NCBI RefSeq assembly: GCF_001194135.2
Contig: NC_068981.1
Span: 65,714,941-65,778,940, forward strand
From: Octopus bimaculoides
Taxonomy: Eukaryota
DNA: 64,000 bases
Reading direction: 5' to 3'
The notes under the pieces were generated by a model. The model was not told the DNA's origin, made no database searches, and saw only the letters and a list, made by a program, of their open reading frames with translations. Positions 12,800 through 24,835 of the stretch are shown in pieces. Both the position numbers and the translations under genes were made by a program. Each line of letters opens with the position of its first letter. Position 1 is the stretch's first letter.

Positions 12800-13319
12800 C
12801 TACAAATAAATAAATACATAAAAGCACACTGGAATATTGTTCATATATCTGAGACAGTGACACTACTATACATACAAACACAAATATCTGAGACTCCATC
12901 TTATATGCACCATGTTTGTGCGGTGGTTGCATGGATAATTGTGATGAATCAAAAATTCCAGACATTCTCTTGTATCACCAATACTGCTCAACACTGCTAA
13001 AGAAAGTGATGCTGTAGGAAGGTTATGAAATCATTACAACTTTCAGTTGGCAACTGATGGGGAGAAACAACCAGTACATAGTGTAAAGTGATTGGTGTTA
13101 AGAGCATTCAGTTTTAAAAACTATAGTAAAGCAGACACTGGAGCATGTTTTTCACTAAATCACACAATTTCTTGATTATTTTCAAAAGTAATTGAAATAC
13201 ATAGACACTGTATAATAAAAATTGCATTTTGTTAGAAGGGTTATTAAAAAATTATTTTGTTAGTAAGTTCTGACCAATAAATTAGTTAGTTAAACGGAAT
13301 ATAAAACACGATACGCAAC

Positions 13320-13652
13320 CTGGTAATTTACTTGGTCACTGTGTTTTGCCAAGCGAAGAATTAGAGTAGCTTGTTTGTAGATGCTGCCAACCACACCATC
13401 AACCAAATCATAGAAACCATCAGCAGTTCCATAATCCAAAGATGGAGAAAATACCATGTCAGGTTTACACAATTCTAATTGTGCTTGAAATAATGGTTCA
13501 TGAGTTGAGTTTGATTCAGTGTTTTCTAGTAAAAATGTCAGGCTGGTATCAACGGTTCTAAAGAATCCATCCACAACTATGTCATCAACATAGTCAACGT
13601 AAGCTTTCCAAACTTCTGAATTGGGATCTGCTTTAAAGTAGTCAACATTTTC
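13320..13652 (-). CDS. DNAH9: Dynein beta HC exon 15
   Basis: tttcag|GAA; ENVDYFKADPNSEVWKAYVDYVDDIVVDGFF...QVNYQ; CAG|GTTGCG; 333 nt. Confidence 0.93.
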
Positions 13653-13949
13653 CTGAAAAAAATACAGAAGCTTTTTCAAAATTCAGTATATCTTTATCCC
13701 CTATCTTACCCAATCTTCAGTCCCCACACTCTCTCCATTCACCTTGTGTCTTGTGGGTACACTTTGATACCCCATCACCACCATCTTTCCACTTCCATCC
13801 CAATTATTCCCACCCATGCAGGATGGTCACAAATCTCCTCTACAACAACAAACCTGTTTCTGTCTATTCTATCATACTTTAATCTCTCAACATATACCAT
13901 AAGGCAACCACCCTCTCAACTATATTCCCACTTAGTCAAGGAGGCTCTT

Positions 13950-14150
13950 TCATCATCATCATCATCGTTTAACGTCCGCTTTCCATGCTAGCATGGGTTG
14001 GACGATTTGACTGAGGACTGGCAAGCCAGAAGGCTGTACCAGGCTCCAATCTGATCTGGCAGAGTTTCTACAGCTGGATGCCCTTCCTAACGCCAACCAC
14101 TCCGAGAGTGTAGTGGGTGCTTTTACGTGCCACCGGCACGAGGGCCAGTC
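13950..14150 (-). mobile_element. RTE-type 3' tail ending in (GAT)n
   Basis: CATCATCATCGTTTAACGTCCGCTTTCCATGCTAGCATGGG...CAGCTGGATGCCCTTCCTAACGCC. Confidence 0.8.
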
Positions 14151-14336
14151 ACAGTCTCACTAATGTTGATATTATGGAAGAAAGCACCCAGTACACTTTG
14201 TAAAGTGCTTAGCATCAGGAAGAGTATCAAGCCCTAAAAGCAATGCCAAAACTGAGTCACTGGAACATGATGATGATGTTAATTTACCCTGGCCAACCAA
14301 GGCCTTTTGAGTTGTGTCTGTGTGTGTATGTGTGTG

Positions 14337-14369
<33 letters not shown>

Positions 14370-14562
14370 CCTTGTCTTCTATGAAAAAAATCATGTCTGG
14401 CCATGGGGAAATACTAACCTGCTTGAAAATAGGGGGAGGCTGGTGATGAGAAGGGCATCTGGCCATAGAAAATCTGCCTCAATAAATTCTGTCCAACCTA
14501 CGCAAGCATGAGAAAGTGGGCATTAAATGAAGATGAAAAAAAATTATGATTTTTATTTTTAC

Positions 14563-14807
14563 CTGTAACAATTTATGAATCTGATCACCTGCATCTTCAA
14601 TCTCTTTGTACCGTTTTCTCAATCGTTCTCCTCGATCGTCCAAATTTAATAATGACCCAAACTTATCTTCTTTGCGTTCAAATAGCGGTGTCTTGCTCCA
14701 TGTTGCCATCAGTTGTTCAATCTTTTGAACATTATCCTTAGAGTTGTGCAATCGAGATTCCAGATCATAAACCATGTTTTTAGTTTCTTCGATGTATTCC
14801 CAAATAC
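14563..14807 (-). CDS. DNAH9: Dynein beta HC exon 14
   Basis: caatag|GT; IWEYIEETKNMVYDLESRL...TPLFERKE...IHKLLQ; CAG|GTAAAA; 245 nt. Confidence 0.93.
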
Positions 14808-15897
14808 CTATTGGTACAAATAAATGAATAGAATAGGTAAAAATTATCCAATTTCCAAATCTTATTGGCTGTGAACAGGAAAATATCTTCCAGTTAACAA
14901 TGTGAATCAGTCAACCATTGTTTTATTTATCACACAGCTGAGACAGTGGAGGGTCAGACAAAATGTCTTAGAATAAGGTATAATCCAGAACCCAAGTTCA
15001 ATTCTTGCTTTTTTAAGAGTGGGGAAGAGAGAGAAAGTGGTATGCTGCTGATCTTTAAAAATATAATATTGTATCATCATCATCATATAATATGATATAA
15101 TATAGTATATGATATAACATAATATAATATAATTAAATATAACCATCATCATCATCATCATCGTTTAACGTCCGTTTTCCATACTAGCATGGGTTGGACG
15201 GTTCGACCAGGGTCTGGGAAGCCAGGAGGAATAATATAATATATAATATAAATAAAAATATGTTTTAGGAAAGTCATGCTAATGCATGAGTATCTTAAAA
15301 ACATTTTGTCTTTTATCTTTTCCTTGTTTCAGTAATTTGATTGTGGCCATGCTGGAATACTAAACTGAAGGGCTGAATTAAACAAACTGAGAGCAATACT
15401 AATTTTTTTAAGGCTGGCATTTATAATGTCAGACTTTTTTGCTGAGCCACTAAGTTACGGAGATATAACCAAACAAACACCAGTTGACAAGCAGTAGGGC
15501 AAACAAACACAAACACACACACACACACACACATATATATACAATAGGCTTCCATACAATCTCCAATATCCAAATTCCCCTCATAAGGCTTTTGTTGACC
15601 TGAGGCTAGGGGTTCAATCTGATGCTTTGAGCTTGAAGGCAAAACCACAGGAATGCAAAACAAACTTCTTAACCACTCAGCTATACCTGGACCCTATATT
15701 GATGTTATTATTAAACCCTGGGTCTTCCAAGATCAAGCAGACCATTCTGTCATTTTGTATGATGGACTACAGGAACATTCACAACAACAACAACCACTAT
15801 CTTTTTAACCTTACTAACTTCATCCAGTTATCCTTTATCCTCCAGTCTGCAATGATTTTAGAAAGCTTACCCTTACCTAAATATAAAACCTTACCCT

Positions 15898-16470
15898 TAC
15901 ATCATCATCATCATTGTTTAACGTCTGCTTTCCATGCTGGCATGGGTTTGACTGAAAACTGGTAAGCCAGCAGACTGCACCAGGTTCCAATCAGATTTGG
16001 GAAGGTTTCTATGGCTGGATGCTTTCCTAACACTAACCACTCTTAGAGTGTAGTGGGTGCCTTTTACGTGCCACTGGCACAGGTGCCATTTACCTAACAC
16101 CAGCATCGACCACGACTATGGTCTCACTTAGCTTGACAGGTCAATACAAGCATGGTATATCGCGAAGGGTCTTGGTCACCTGTTACTGCCTCCATGAGGC
16201 CCAACACTTGAATGGTGCTTTTTAGATGCCACCAGTCAGACGGCGCTGGCATTGGCCACAACTACGATTTCATTGGTTTAACAGGTCTTCACAAGCACAG
16301 CATATCATCCAACGACTGAAGGGTGCTTTTAATTGGCCAGTTACACAACACTAGCATTGGCCATGACTATGATCTCACTCAGTTCAACAAGTCTTCACAA
16401 GCACAACACATCACCCAACAACTGAAGGGTGCTTTTAAAGGGCCAGTCAAACAACACTGGCATTGGCCAC
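15898..16470 (-). mobile_element. RTE-type 3' UTR fragment with internal direct repeats
   Basis: Same tail as 13950, plus repeated GGTGCTTTTAA-GGCCAGT...GCATTGGCCA units. Confidence 0.7.
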
Positions 16471-16569
16471 TTACCTAAATATTAAAAGCAACAAGAAGCT
16501 AAACATTAACTGTCACAAACACAGTTGTGATATTGTTTTAAGCTTATAATTGTCATACAATGGACCCAG

Positions 16570-16950
16570 GTATTTCTGTGTGGCAATGAAGCTTGCTATG
16601 CAACTACAAGATTCTGGGTTCAGTCCTACTGTGCAGCACCTGGGGTAAATGTCATCTACTTTTGCCCCAGGTCAACCAATGCCTTGCAAATAAATTTGGT
16701 AAGCGGAAACTGTGTAGAAGCCTGTCATGTGTGTGTGTGTTCATGTCAGTCTTTGTCCCCACCATTGTTTGACAGCTAACTGGTGTTGGTTTTATTATAT
16801 CCCTAACTTAATGGTTCAGCAAAAGAAACTGATAGAACAAGTACCAGATATTAAAAAAGTAAGTACTAGGGTCAATCTGTTTCTCTACAACCCTTCAAAG
16901 TGGTGATCTAGCATGACCATATTCTAATGACTAAAATAAATAAAAGACAG
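16570..16950 (+). mobile_element. OK-like SINE, near full length
   Basis: GTGTGGCAATGAAGCTTGC...GGGTTCAGTCCTACTG head; TTTGTCCCCACCATTG...AAGTACTAGGGTCAAT tail. Confidence 0.7.
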
Positions 16951-17028
16951 AAGATACTAGTTATTATTTTGGCTTATTGTGTTGTCATATTTAAAGATAA
17001 AGAAAGAGAAATTTTGATCTTATCTTAC

Positions 17029-17284
17029 CTGAACTATTCCAGTTCATAACTTTCTCAGCATTTTTCAATTTATGATCAATATCATCAATTTGTTTTTCAA
17101 TAAGTGGGAATTCTACTTCTATGATGGATGTTCTGATATTGTTATACCAAAGAACTATCATATCAAGGTTGGTGACATATTGGAAAATATCATCTCTTCT
17201 AGCATAAAGTTCATTGCTGCTGGTTGGAATATTTTCCATGCCACGGATTTCCATGTACTTAACCTCCTTTAACACAGCAATAAG
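17029..17284 (-). CDS. DNAH9: Dynein beta HC exon 13
   Basis: ttctag|CTT; LIAVLKEVKYMEIRG...VEFPLIE...MNWNSS; G|GTAAGA; 256 nt, phase 1. Confidence 0.93.
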
Positions 17285-17949
17285 CTAGAAAAAAAATAAG
17301 TGAAAATTCTGAATTTTTTCCTTTATATTTTTAAAGTTATGTAATTTTCAATTAGCTATATAACATTGATTTCAAATTTTGGTACAAGGCCAGCAGTTTT
17401 AGTGGATGGGTTGGTCAATTATATCAACCCCAGTACTTGACTGGCACTTTATTTTACTGACCCTAAAAGGATGAAAGGTAAAGTTGATTTCAGCAGGATT
17501 TGAATTCAGGATGCAAAAATCTAGAAGAAATGCTGCAAAGCATTTTGTCCAATGTAGCAGCAATTCTGTTTGCTTGCCATATTAATCAGTTTTTATAATA
17601 TTCATTGATTGATGATGATCATGGTGATAATGATGATCATCATGTTTATTTCCATGCTGGCAGAGGTTGGAGGGGTTGACATAGTCTGAGACAATTCTTA
17701 TTCTAAGTTACTGCCTACTTAGATGGGTTAGGAGGACACCACAAATCACTTGTATGTTCCATTTTTAGCATAGTTTCTATGGCTGGATGTCTTTCCTAAT
17801 ATTAACCACTTTACAGAATTTGCATTTCACCATAACACCAGCACTATTTAGGTTATGATGTTTCTGATATAACCAAATGGTCCTCTCATCCTAAAAAAAG
17901 GGAAGAGCACACTGGATCATATAAGCCTAGACGCACTACACTATGCTAG

Positions 17950-18745
17950 GGATAAAATGAAGAGATGGTCATTGCTGAAATGCTTTTGAATTTAAGTTTG
18001 TTCAGTCTGAACTGTATGTATGTTTTATGGTTGGTGCTCTTGTAGAGTTCAAATGTATGCAGTGGTACTATATTTGTAGCATTTTCAGAGGAGGAAGCAT
18101 TGTTGGGTGGGTGCCCAAATGTTGCATAAGCATCTGCCTGTGTGTTTGTGTCTTTTTTGTTCATGTTTTGGTTAAATTCTTTCGAACATTTATGTAGGTA
18201 TGGAGTGTGTGTAGGGTTACTATATATGTGGGGCTTATATTAATGTGCGTAAAATGGTCTATTAGGTTGATGTCCAGTTGCTGTTACCTCTGCCTCATAT
18301 ACTACAGTTTCCATATTACAGTGGCCAATCACTTGACATCTTGTGTTACCCCGACAAGAGCATACTTCCTCTGTCTCAGGTGTGGACCTACATATCAATA
18401 TCATTTTTAACTTTGCGTGATTGTATGTATAGCTAAAAGACACCCTCAGGGTGTGTCTATTTAATATTTTACAGAACCTATTTGTACGAGGGAAGTGTTT
18501 GTCTATTAAGCTATGAAAAATCTTACCCATGCGGGTTTAATGCTTAAGGAGAAGGGTGGTGTAAACCACAACACTTTCTGGTGGTGTCTTCTCTTGAAAG
18601 GGTTAGGGCCTGGCATATACCTAATCCTTTCCTTAAAACTGCTGGTGGCTAGAGCCTCATTATAGTACAGAGTGTCACCCACACCCCCAGAGATGGCGTT
18701 TTGATGCTAAGGGATATAACTCTTAACTTAAGCCTTACTCAGTTC
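17950..18745 (-). mobile_element. Penelope-like element (PLE) remnant, RT C-terminus to GIY-YIG region
   Basis: FTPPFSL, GKIFHSLIDKHFP...LNRHTLRVSFS, CSCRGNTRCQVIGHC..ETVVYEAEV match PLE motifs (WFNPPFS, IDKHFP, CNCR..CP..G.C...VVY.A.V); degraded. Confidence 0.8.
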
Positions 18746-18789
18746 ATCTATATTATATTAAAAATGAACTTGAATTTTGTTTGCTTGCA

Positions 18790-19150
18790 ATGCTACACAG
18801 CCAAACTGGTGCATAATGGGAAAATACTATGAATTAACATCCTCCTGAAATGTGAATACAAACAGAATAAAACAAGTTTCGAGTAAATCGGACAAGTGGT
18901 TCTTGAGATATCGGGTGTTTTGCAGGTTTGAATACCCCAAACAGTACATAATGGGAAAATACTCCAAAAATAACTTAACCCTCGAAGGGAAGAAACTTTA
19001 ACCTTTCAATTATGATAGGCAAAGTATTAGAGAAAATTGGAAAAAATGCTTTGAAAGTAAGGTAACATTGAAATGTGAATACACACGGAATAACAGAATT
19101 TTCATGTATATCGGACCACGGATTCCCAAGAAATGCAGTTTTGTCGGGTA
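18790..19150. mobile_element. Non-autonomous element with subrepeats (Helentron/HINE-like)
   Basis: CATAATGGGAAAATACT twice, GAAATGTGAATACA twice, and AAGTTTCGAGTAAATCGGACAAGTGGTTCTTGAGATATC. Confidence 0.4.
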
Positions 19151-19280
19151 CCTTGGACTATTGGTGACCCAACAGGTCACAGTTAGTCTAGTTTCATCAT
19201 CTTTTTCACAGCAATTACAAAGTGGTTGTGTCTTTTTTATCTCCAAAAATAAAGAGCAGTAGCCATACTCCATCCCACAA

Positions 19281-19372
19281 CTGCAATCTCTGAAGAGCAC
19301 AAGGTTTACGTAATCAGGCAGTTATCTAACACTCTGTTGAACCCCTAGTGCGAAACCAATAGGTAAGATCAG
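19281..19372 (+). ncRNA. Type I hammerhead ribozyme, canonical core
   Basis: CTGAAGA 19290-19296; stem II GCAC/GTGC; GAAA 19352-19355; stem III ACC-AATA-GGT; predicted cleavage after GTA at 19365; stem I ATCT/AGAT plus CTG/CAG. Confidence 0.75.
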
Positions 19373-19975
19373 CTATAATGGATATGTAATACAACACATT
19401 TCAATTAATATACTCACTCTATTGACAAATTTACAAGTGAATATTTTTTCTGATTCATAGATTCTTACATGGCTATATATATATACATATATAGTGTGTA
19501 TATTGCGTGAGAGAGACAGAGAGACTGAAAGGCAGAGATAGAGAGCATATCTGCACCATCTAGATGTAAAAAGTAACATTGTTTACTTTCTCCAGTAGTG
19601 CTGCAAATGTGTGGCACAACTGGTGGAATGAAAAAAATATCTTACATCAAAAATCAAGAAAAGATTGGTGACAAAAAGAGCATCAAATCAAGGACAATCT
19701 GCTTCAATAAAGTATTTTCTAATCCACACCAGTACAAAAAAATATGAACGTAATGGTAATTTTGATGATAACAATGTGTACTTGACAGTTGAAATGTCTG
19801 TTGCAGAACAAACTGAGAAAAAGGTACTCATTTTAACTGGTAAACAGTTGAACTTCTGTAAAGAGTGGTTTTTGAGGTGTAAGTGTGAAGAGCAGTTTAC
19901 ATACAAAGCTTATTACACTTACAGAGGCATTTTCATTAAATACAAATTTCATATCTAAAAAGCTATTGCTTTCAT

Positions 19976-20006
<31 letters not shown>

Positions 20007-20056
20007 ATGACTACCCGTCTGCCTATCTCTACGTATATGTGTGCGTATTTACTAAC

Positions 20057-20183
20057 CTGAGCATCAAAGTTCACTGAGATTAAATTGGTCTGTTCATTTC
20101 TTGACAACAAAGGTTGGGACAGGTTAAAACAGCAGGCATCATCAACAGTTTTTGCCCACTCTGTGTATTGTTCCTGTTCAAAA
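20057..20183 (-). CDS. DNAH9: Dynein beta HC exon 12
   Basis: ctgtag|T; FEQEQYTEWAKTVDDACCFNLSQPLLSR...VNFDAQ; CAG|GTTAGT; 127 nt. Confidence 0.92.
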
Positions 20184-20289
20184 CTACAGCATAACATAAA
20201 TATACAAACAGCAAATGAACAAAAAATAAATACTTGAATAATATATAAATCAAAGTGTTAGGATGCTTACAGGGTGTACCAGGCATATG

Positions 20290-20530
20290 TAAAGAAATTT
20301 GACTTACCCTTCGCTCCAATTTTAGCATAAGCCATTGATGACCTTTCTTCACTGTTCCTGATTCTAGGCAGTCTTTTCTGCTTTTCTCCAGTTGGATTCC
20401 AACTTCCTTGCAGCTTCCTTTCAGATTTCACAGCATCATATGTTTCCTTGAGGGAAGCCTTTCCTCTCCCAGGTCTTGTTAGCTTTGAATTATCATCAAT
20501 GTATCTATAACTTTGCTTCTATCTAGGTAA
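20290..20530 (-). mobile_element. RTE-type LINE 3' end, left arm of an inverted pair
   Basis: Reverse complement aligns by eye with 20935-21180. Confidence 0.6.
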
Positions 20531-20934
20531 AGTTTCAGCCCTATACAAACCCATTTTTACTTCTGGGAAGAGGTGTTCCATATTAGCTCGGTCCCCTATC
20601 CTTTGACCAGTCCAGCATGGGAGATCCTATCAGGGGCTTGCACTCCACTGGCATAGCTCTAAGGGTCATTGAGGCACACAATCTATCACACTGCAACAAC
20701 AACCAAACCTTGTGGAAACAATCAATTGATGATCAAGTTTAATTAAGATAACCAATTGCTTAATCATCCTAGTCAAAGGCATATAAATAGTTAATTAGCT
20801 TTCTTGACTTAAGGGATTATGGTGAGTTGAGTTTTAAAATGAGATTACAATCTCACCGTAGTGGCAAAACATTCCAACTAATAGAGGTTCTTGGAAAGAA
20901 TACAGAAGCCAAATGAGTTTGTATAGAGCCAACA

Positions 20935-21180
20935 CCCATACCTAGAGAATAGAAAAGTAAGAGAAGCATTGATGACAATTCAGAGCTAACAAGAGTTGTG
21001 AGAAGGAGGTCTTCCCTCAGGGTAACATATGACATTGTGTAGCAAACTCTAAAAAGAAGCCATAAGGAAGTGGGGATTCAACTGGAGAAAAACAGAAAAG
21101 ATAGTCCAAAAATGAGAACAGTGGAGGAAAGTTTTTGATGGCCTATCCCCTTTAGGAAGTTAAAGGTTTAAGAAAAAGAA
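20935..21180 (+). mobile_element. RTE-type LINE 3' end, right arm of an inverted pair
   Basis: ATTGATGACAATTCAGAGCTAACAAGA...CTTCCCTCAGGGTAACATATGA...CAACTGGAGAAAAACAGAAAAGA. Confidence 0.6.
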
Positions 21181-21740
21181 AATGAAAGAATCAAATGATT
21201 GGTTAACCCTTTGGCATTCAGTCTACGCTATCAAATGTAATACTTGTATATTCACATTGTATTGAATTAATCGTGCATTATTTCATAGTTTTGAGATTTC
21301 AAAGATGTGATTGCTTATTTTTAGAATGGCAGAATAGGAGAGGTATGAGAGACAAGATCCTGCTAGTTTGAACATAAAACAGGTAGATTATTTTGACCAG
21401 ACATGGCTGGGTTAATATTCTGATTACAAGCATGTTTATTTATCATTACACAATGATCAAGCATAACTGACAAGAATTTTAGGTGAAAATTAAATTTTAG
21501 GAATTCCAGTAGTCAAGATGAAAACATTCAAGGAATATAATTCAAATGGCTATTGAGTTCTTACATATATAATAAATGTCCCAATTTTTTTTAGAAGTGA
21601 GGGAAATAACTGTGTGGTCTCCAAGCACTTCTGAAGGACATCAGAAGCATATGAGATGGAGTTGACTAAAACCAGAAATTGAAACCAATTCACTACTTCA
21701 TACTTTCAATGGATGCATAATGAAAAATTATAGAACTAAC

Positions 21741-21809
21741 TTGGAGAGTAGATTCATCATTTCTTCATATTTTCTGTAAATAAGGATTGCTTCTTCATTT
21801 GTTGTACAA
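21741..21809 (-). CDS. DNAH9: Dynein beta HC exon 11 (short; not in the ORF track)
   Basis: tttcaag|T; CTTNEEAILIYRKYEEMMNLLS; AA|GTTAGT; 69 nt, phase 2-2. Confidence 0.88.
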
Positions 21810-22377
21810 CTTGAAATGGAAAAAAAAAGAGAAAAAAGCAAAAAAGTAACACAATTATCACCATTATAATGTTCATTTTCCTGTTTGTGTATGGACAGGA
21901 TTTATCTTATAACTTTTACTAGTTTCAGTCATTGGACTGTGGCCATGCTGGAGCACCACCTTGAAAGGTTTAGTCAAATAAAGCAACTCCAGTACCTACC
22001 TTTTGTTAAGTCTAGTACTTATTCTAGCAGTAACTTTTTGCTGAACCACTAAGTTATGGTATGTTGTTGCATGGACCCCCAAAAATCATATACAGAATCT
22101 CAGGGGACAAATGAACCCCAGTTGAAAACCACTAAACTAAACCCTTGAAAGTGGTGCCCCAGCATTGCAGCAGTCTAATAACTGGAACAAGTAAAAGATA
22201 AAAGTCAAAAAATATAAATGTGCTAAAGATACCAATTACTTCTAAACATTCAGTTGGATATGATGTACATTTTCTTAAGAAGAGATGACTGGAATTTGTA
22301 ACAACAATAACTACAACATTCACCAGTAAGAGTCTGTATTATACAAAAACTGTTAGTGAATACAACACTTCAATTAC

Positions 22378-22643
22378 CTATGGTCAAGATGTTTGAAACT
22401 GCCAACTGAACTAGTGATTCTCTCTTGCAATTCTTGGGCCCACTTCAAACATCCAGATACTTTTGGCATGAATTTATGCACCATGATGCATCCTGTCTCT
22501 TTCAACAGAACCATTTGCTCATTGTACATTTCCTTTGCTGTGTCCAATTCTTCATTGAGCATGTCAACAATTTTCAGGTATTTTCCATTAAAATCCTTCT
22601 TAATCAATGGTCTTTCTAAAAGGCTTCCCATCATATCAATTAG
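22378..22643 (-). CDS. DNAH9: Dynein beta HC exon 10
   Basis: ttaaag|CTA; LIDMMGSLLERPLIKKDF...MPKVSGCLKWAQEL...HLDH; AG|GTAATT; 266 nt, phase 2. Confidence 0.92.
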
Positions 22644-24402
22644 CTTTAATAGATTAACAGAAGAAAAATAAATAGATTAGTGAACAAAATATAAAGCAAC
22701 TAAAATCATAAAGAAAACCTCAGAAATAAAATAAAATTATTCTTTTGAGGAGCATCATCATCACCATCAACAACACCACCATCACCATCACTACTATCAT
22801 CATTCTACAAGGTTGTAGTCATAGATATTTTATACCTGAACAAAAACAGGATGATCATGGATGTGTTGAACATGCTTAGTTAAATGTCTGCTCAATCAGG
22901 CTGACCCAGGACCAAACATTCATTATTATATCTAATTGTTTTACAAGTTTCTTTGCTTTGCTTATGGTTTTTTATTTTTTATTTTTCTCTTAGTACTTTG
23001 TCAAGGAGGAAAAAACAGCATCCATTAGCCTTTATTTTTACAAGACTTCCAAGACAAGTAGGAGAATAGGAATAATTTATTCTCAAACTGGAGATTTGAT
23101 TTGAATGCTTGCAACAGAGTAGACTCTGCTAAAGACACTCAAAACTCAGGTGGTGGCATTAAACTGGATTAATTTTACCATAAAAAAATCCAGAGCACAA
23201 AATGCTGAAACAAATACAAGGAAACATATCTGCTGCTGTAACAAATCTGCCAATTCACTGTCCTGGGCTGGTGTTTTATGGTATGAACAAAGGAAAAAAC
23301 CATCCTTGGCAGGATTTGAATTCAGAGTGCAGGACTAGAACAAGTCCCACAAAACATTTTATCATATACTCTAACCAGAACCAGATTAAGATCCATAGAA
23401 GCCCTAAGCGCTTAGAAGATTTCAGTACCCCCACTTATATATGTAATTCAAAATATAAACAATGATAAACCATAAGATAAATTTTTACTTTTCAAAATGA
23501 AACAAAACTAATAGTAAGATGGAAAATGTTTATTTTTGTATACGTCTACTTTATTTATATCTGAAAAGTTTTCCCCTATGTTTTTTAATTACAAAGTCTT
23601 TGATCAGATCCTCACTATGATGCCATGAACACTTTGAAATTTCAATCATATAAACCATTTCAAATATTATTTCAACAAGTTTAAAGTGATTTCTTTTGTA
23701 CCATAAACCATTTACCATTTCTGTGGTTCCCCCTCTTCACTTGAAACCCTAAGCATATGCTTATTTTGCTAAGTGATTAATGCAGTACTGACTCTAATGA
23801 TTTGTCACCTTAAGTAATTTACCATTTTATAGTTCTTGTCCTTTGCTTTCAGTTCTTTCTTTTATAAATGTATGTTTGGTCCCACTTTCTTAATGCTCAT
23901 CTTTTTAAAAAAAAATTTTTGCTTATCTTTTAATGCATTGTTCTTATCTCATCTATGTACATTAGAAATAAAATATTATGGGGGACATTACTAGTAAAGA
24001 TACTAACAGGTAACACTTCAGAACTTATTTGGAATATTCTATTGAATGTATAAAATATAACAGGTTTCATATTAAAGAATAAATGAACATAAAAAGATTG
24101 TCTGTTGTTGTTATTTAACCCCAGGTCAGGCATTTTGATTGAATAGACTTATGGTCAAAAGCATTCCAGCCATGACAATTCCATCGTTTTTCTATGTGCA
24201 GGGAACCCAATACTACATTATACAATCAATCCTTATTTCTAGCTGGTCATATAACAATGCAAAGGTTACCTCAGTGATTCAAAAGTTTTCTTGTAAAACA
24301 GATAGTCATAACACCAACATGCTTGGTGCTCCTAAGATACCAGCCAAATATTACTTAAGGAGTTATATAAGATTGAGATTGAGAATTAAAGTTATGTCTC
24401 AC

Positions 24403-24519
24403 CTTGAAACAAGATTGAAGACCGGAGCAATCATCAAATCCTTGGCAAATTATGGTACCCAATCTTCGATCCAGGTCATAGATTCGATTTTGGAACTTCT
24501 CATAATCATCAAGAAATTC
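24403..24519 (-). CDS. DNAH9: Dynein beta HC exon 9
   Basis: aacaag|GAA; EFLDDYEKFQNRIYDLDRRLGTIICQGFDDCSGLQSCFK; AAG|GTGAGA; 117 nt. Confidence 0.93.
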
Positions 24520-24619
24520 CTTGTTTAAAATTAGAATAGAATTAAAATTCAAACATTAACAGTTTTGGTATTTAATTAAGCAAAAAAAGAGGCAACTCTT
24601 AATTTAGTACGTAAATTCT

Positions 24620-24835
24620 AATAATCCTTTCTACTATAGGCACAAGGCCTGAAATTTGGGGGAGAAGGATTGTCGATTACATCGACCCCAGTGCTTCACT
24701 GGTACTTAATTTATTGACCCCAAAAGGATGAAAGGTAAAGTCGACCCCAACGGCATTTGAACCCAGAACATGAAGACAGACAAAATACCGCTAAGCATTT
24801 CGCCCAGTGTGCTAACGATTCTGCTACTTCGTCAC
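24620..24835 (-). mobile_element. SINE (GCCTTTCATCC family)
   Basis: Reverse complement GGTGACGAAGTAGCAGAATCGTTAGCAC...GGGTTCAAATGCCG...TTTACCTTTCATCCTTTTGGGGTCAATAAATTAAGTACCAG. Confidence 0.8.

Noticed and set aside
24139-24528. 129-aa plus-strand ORF
   Set aside because: Antisense shadow of dynein exon 9 plus SINE sequence
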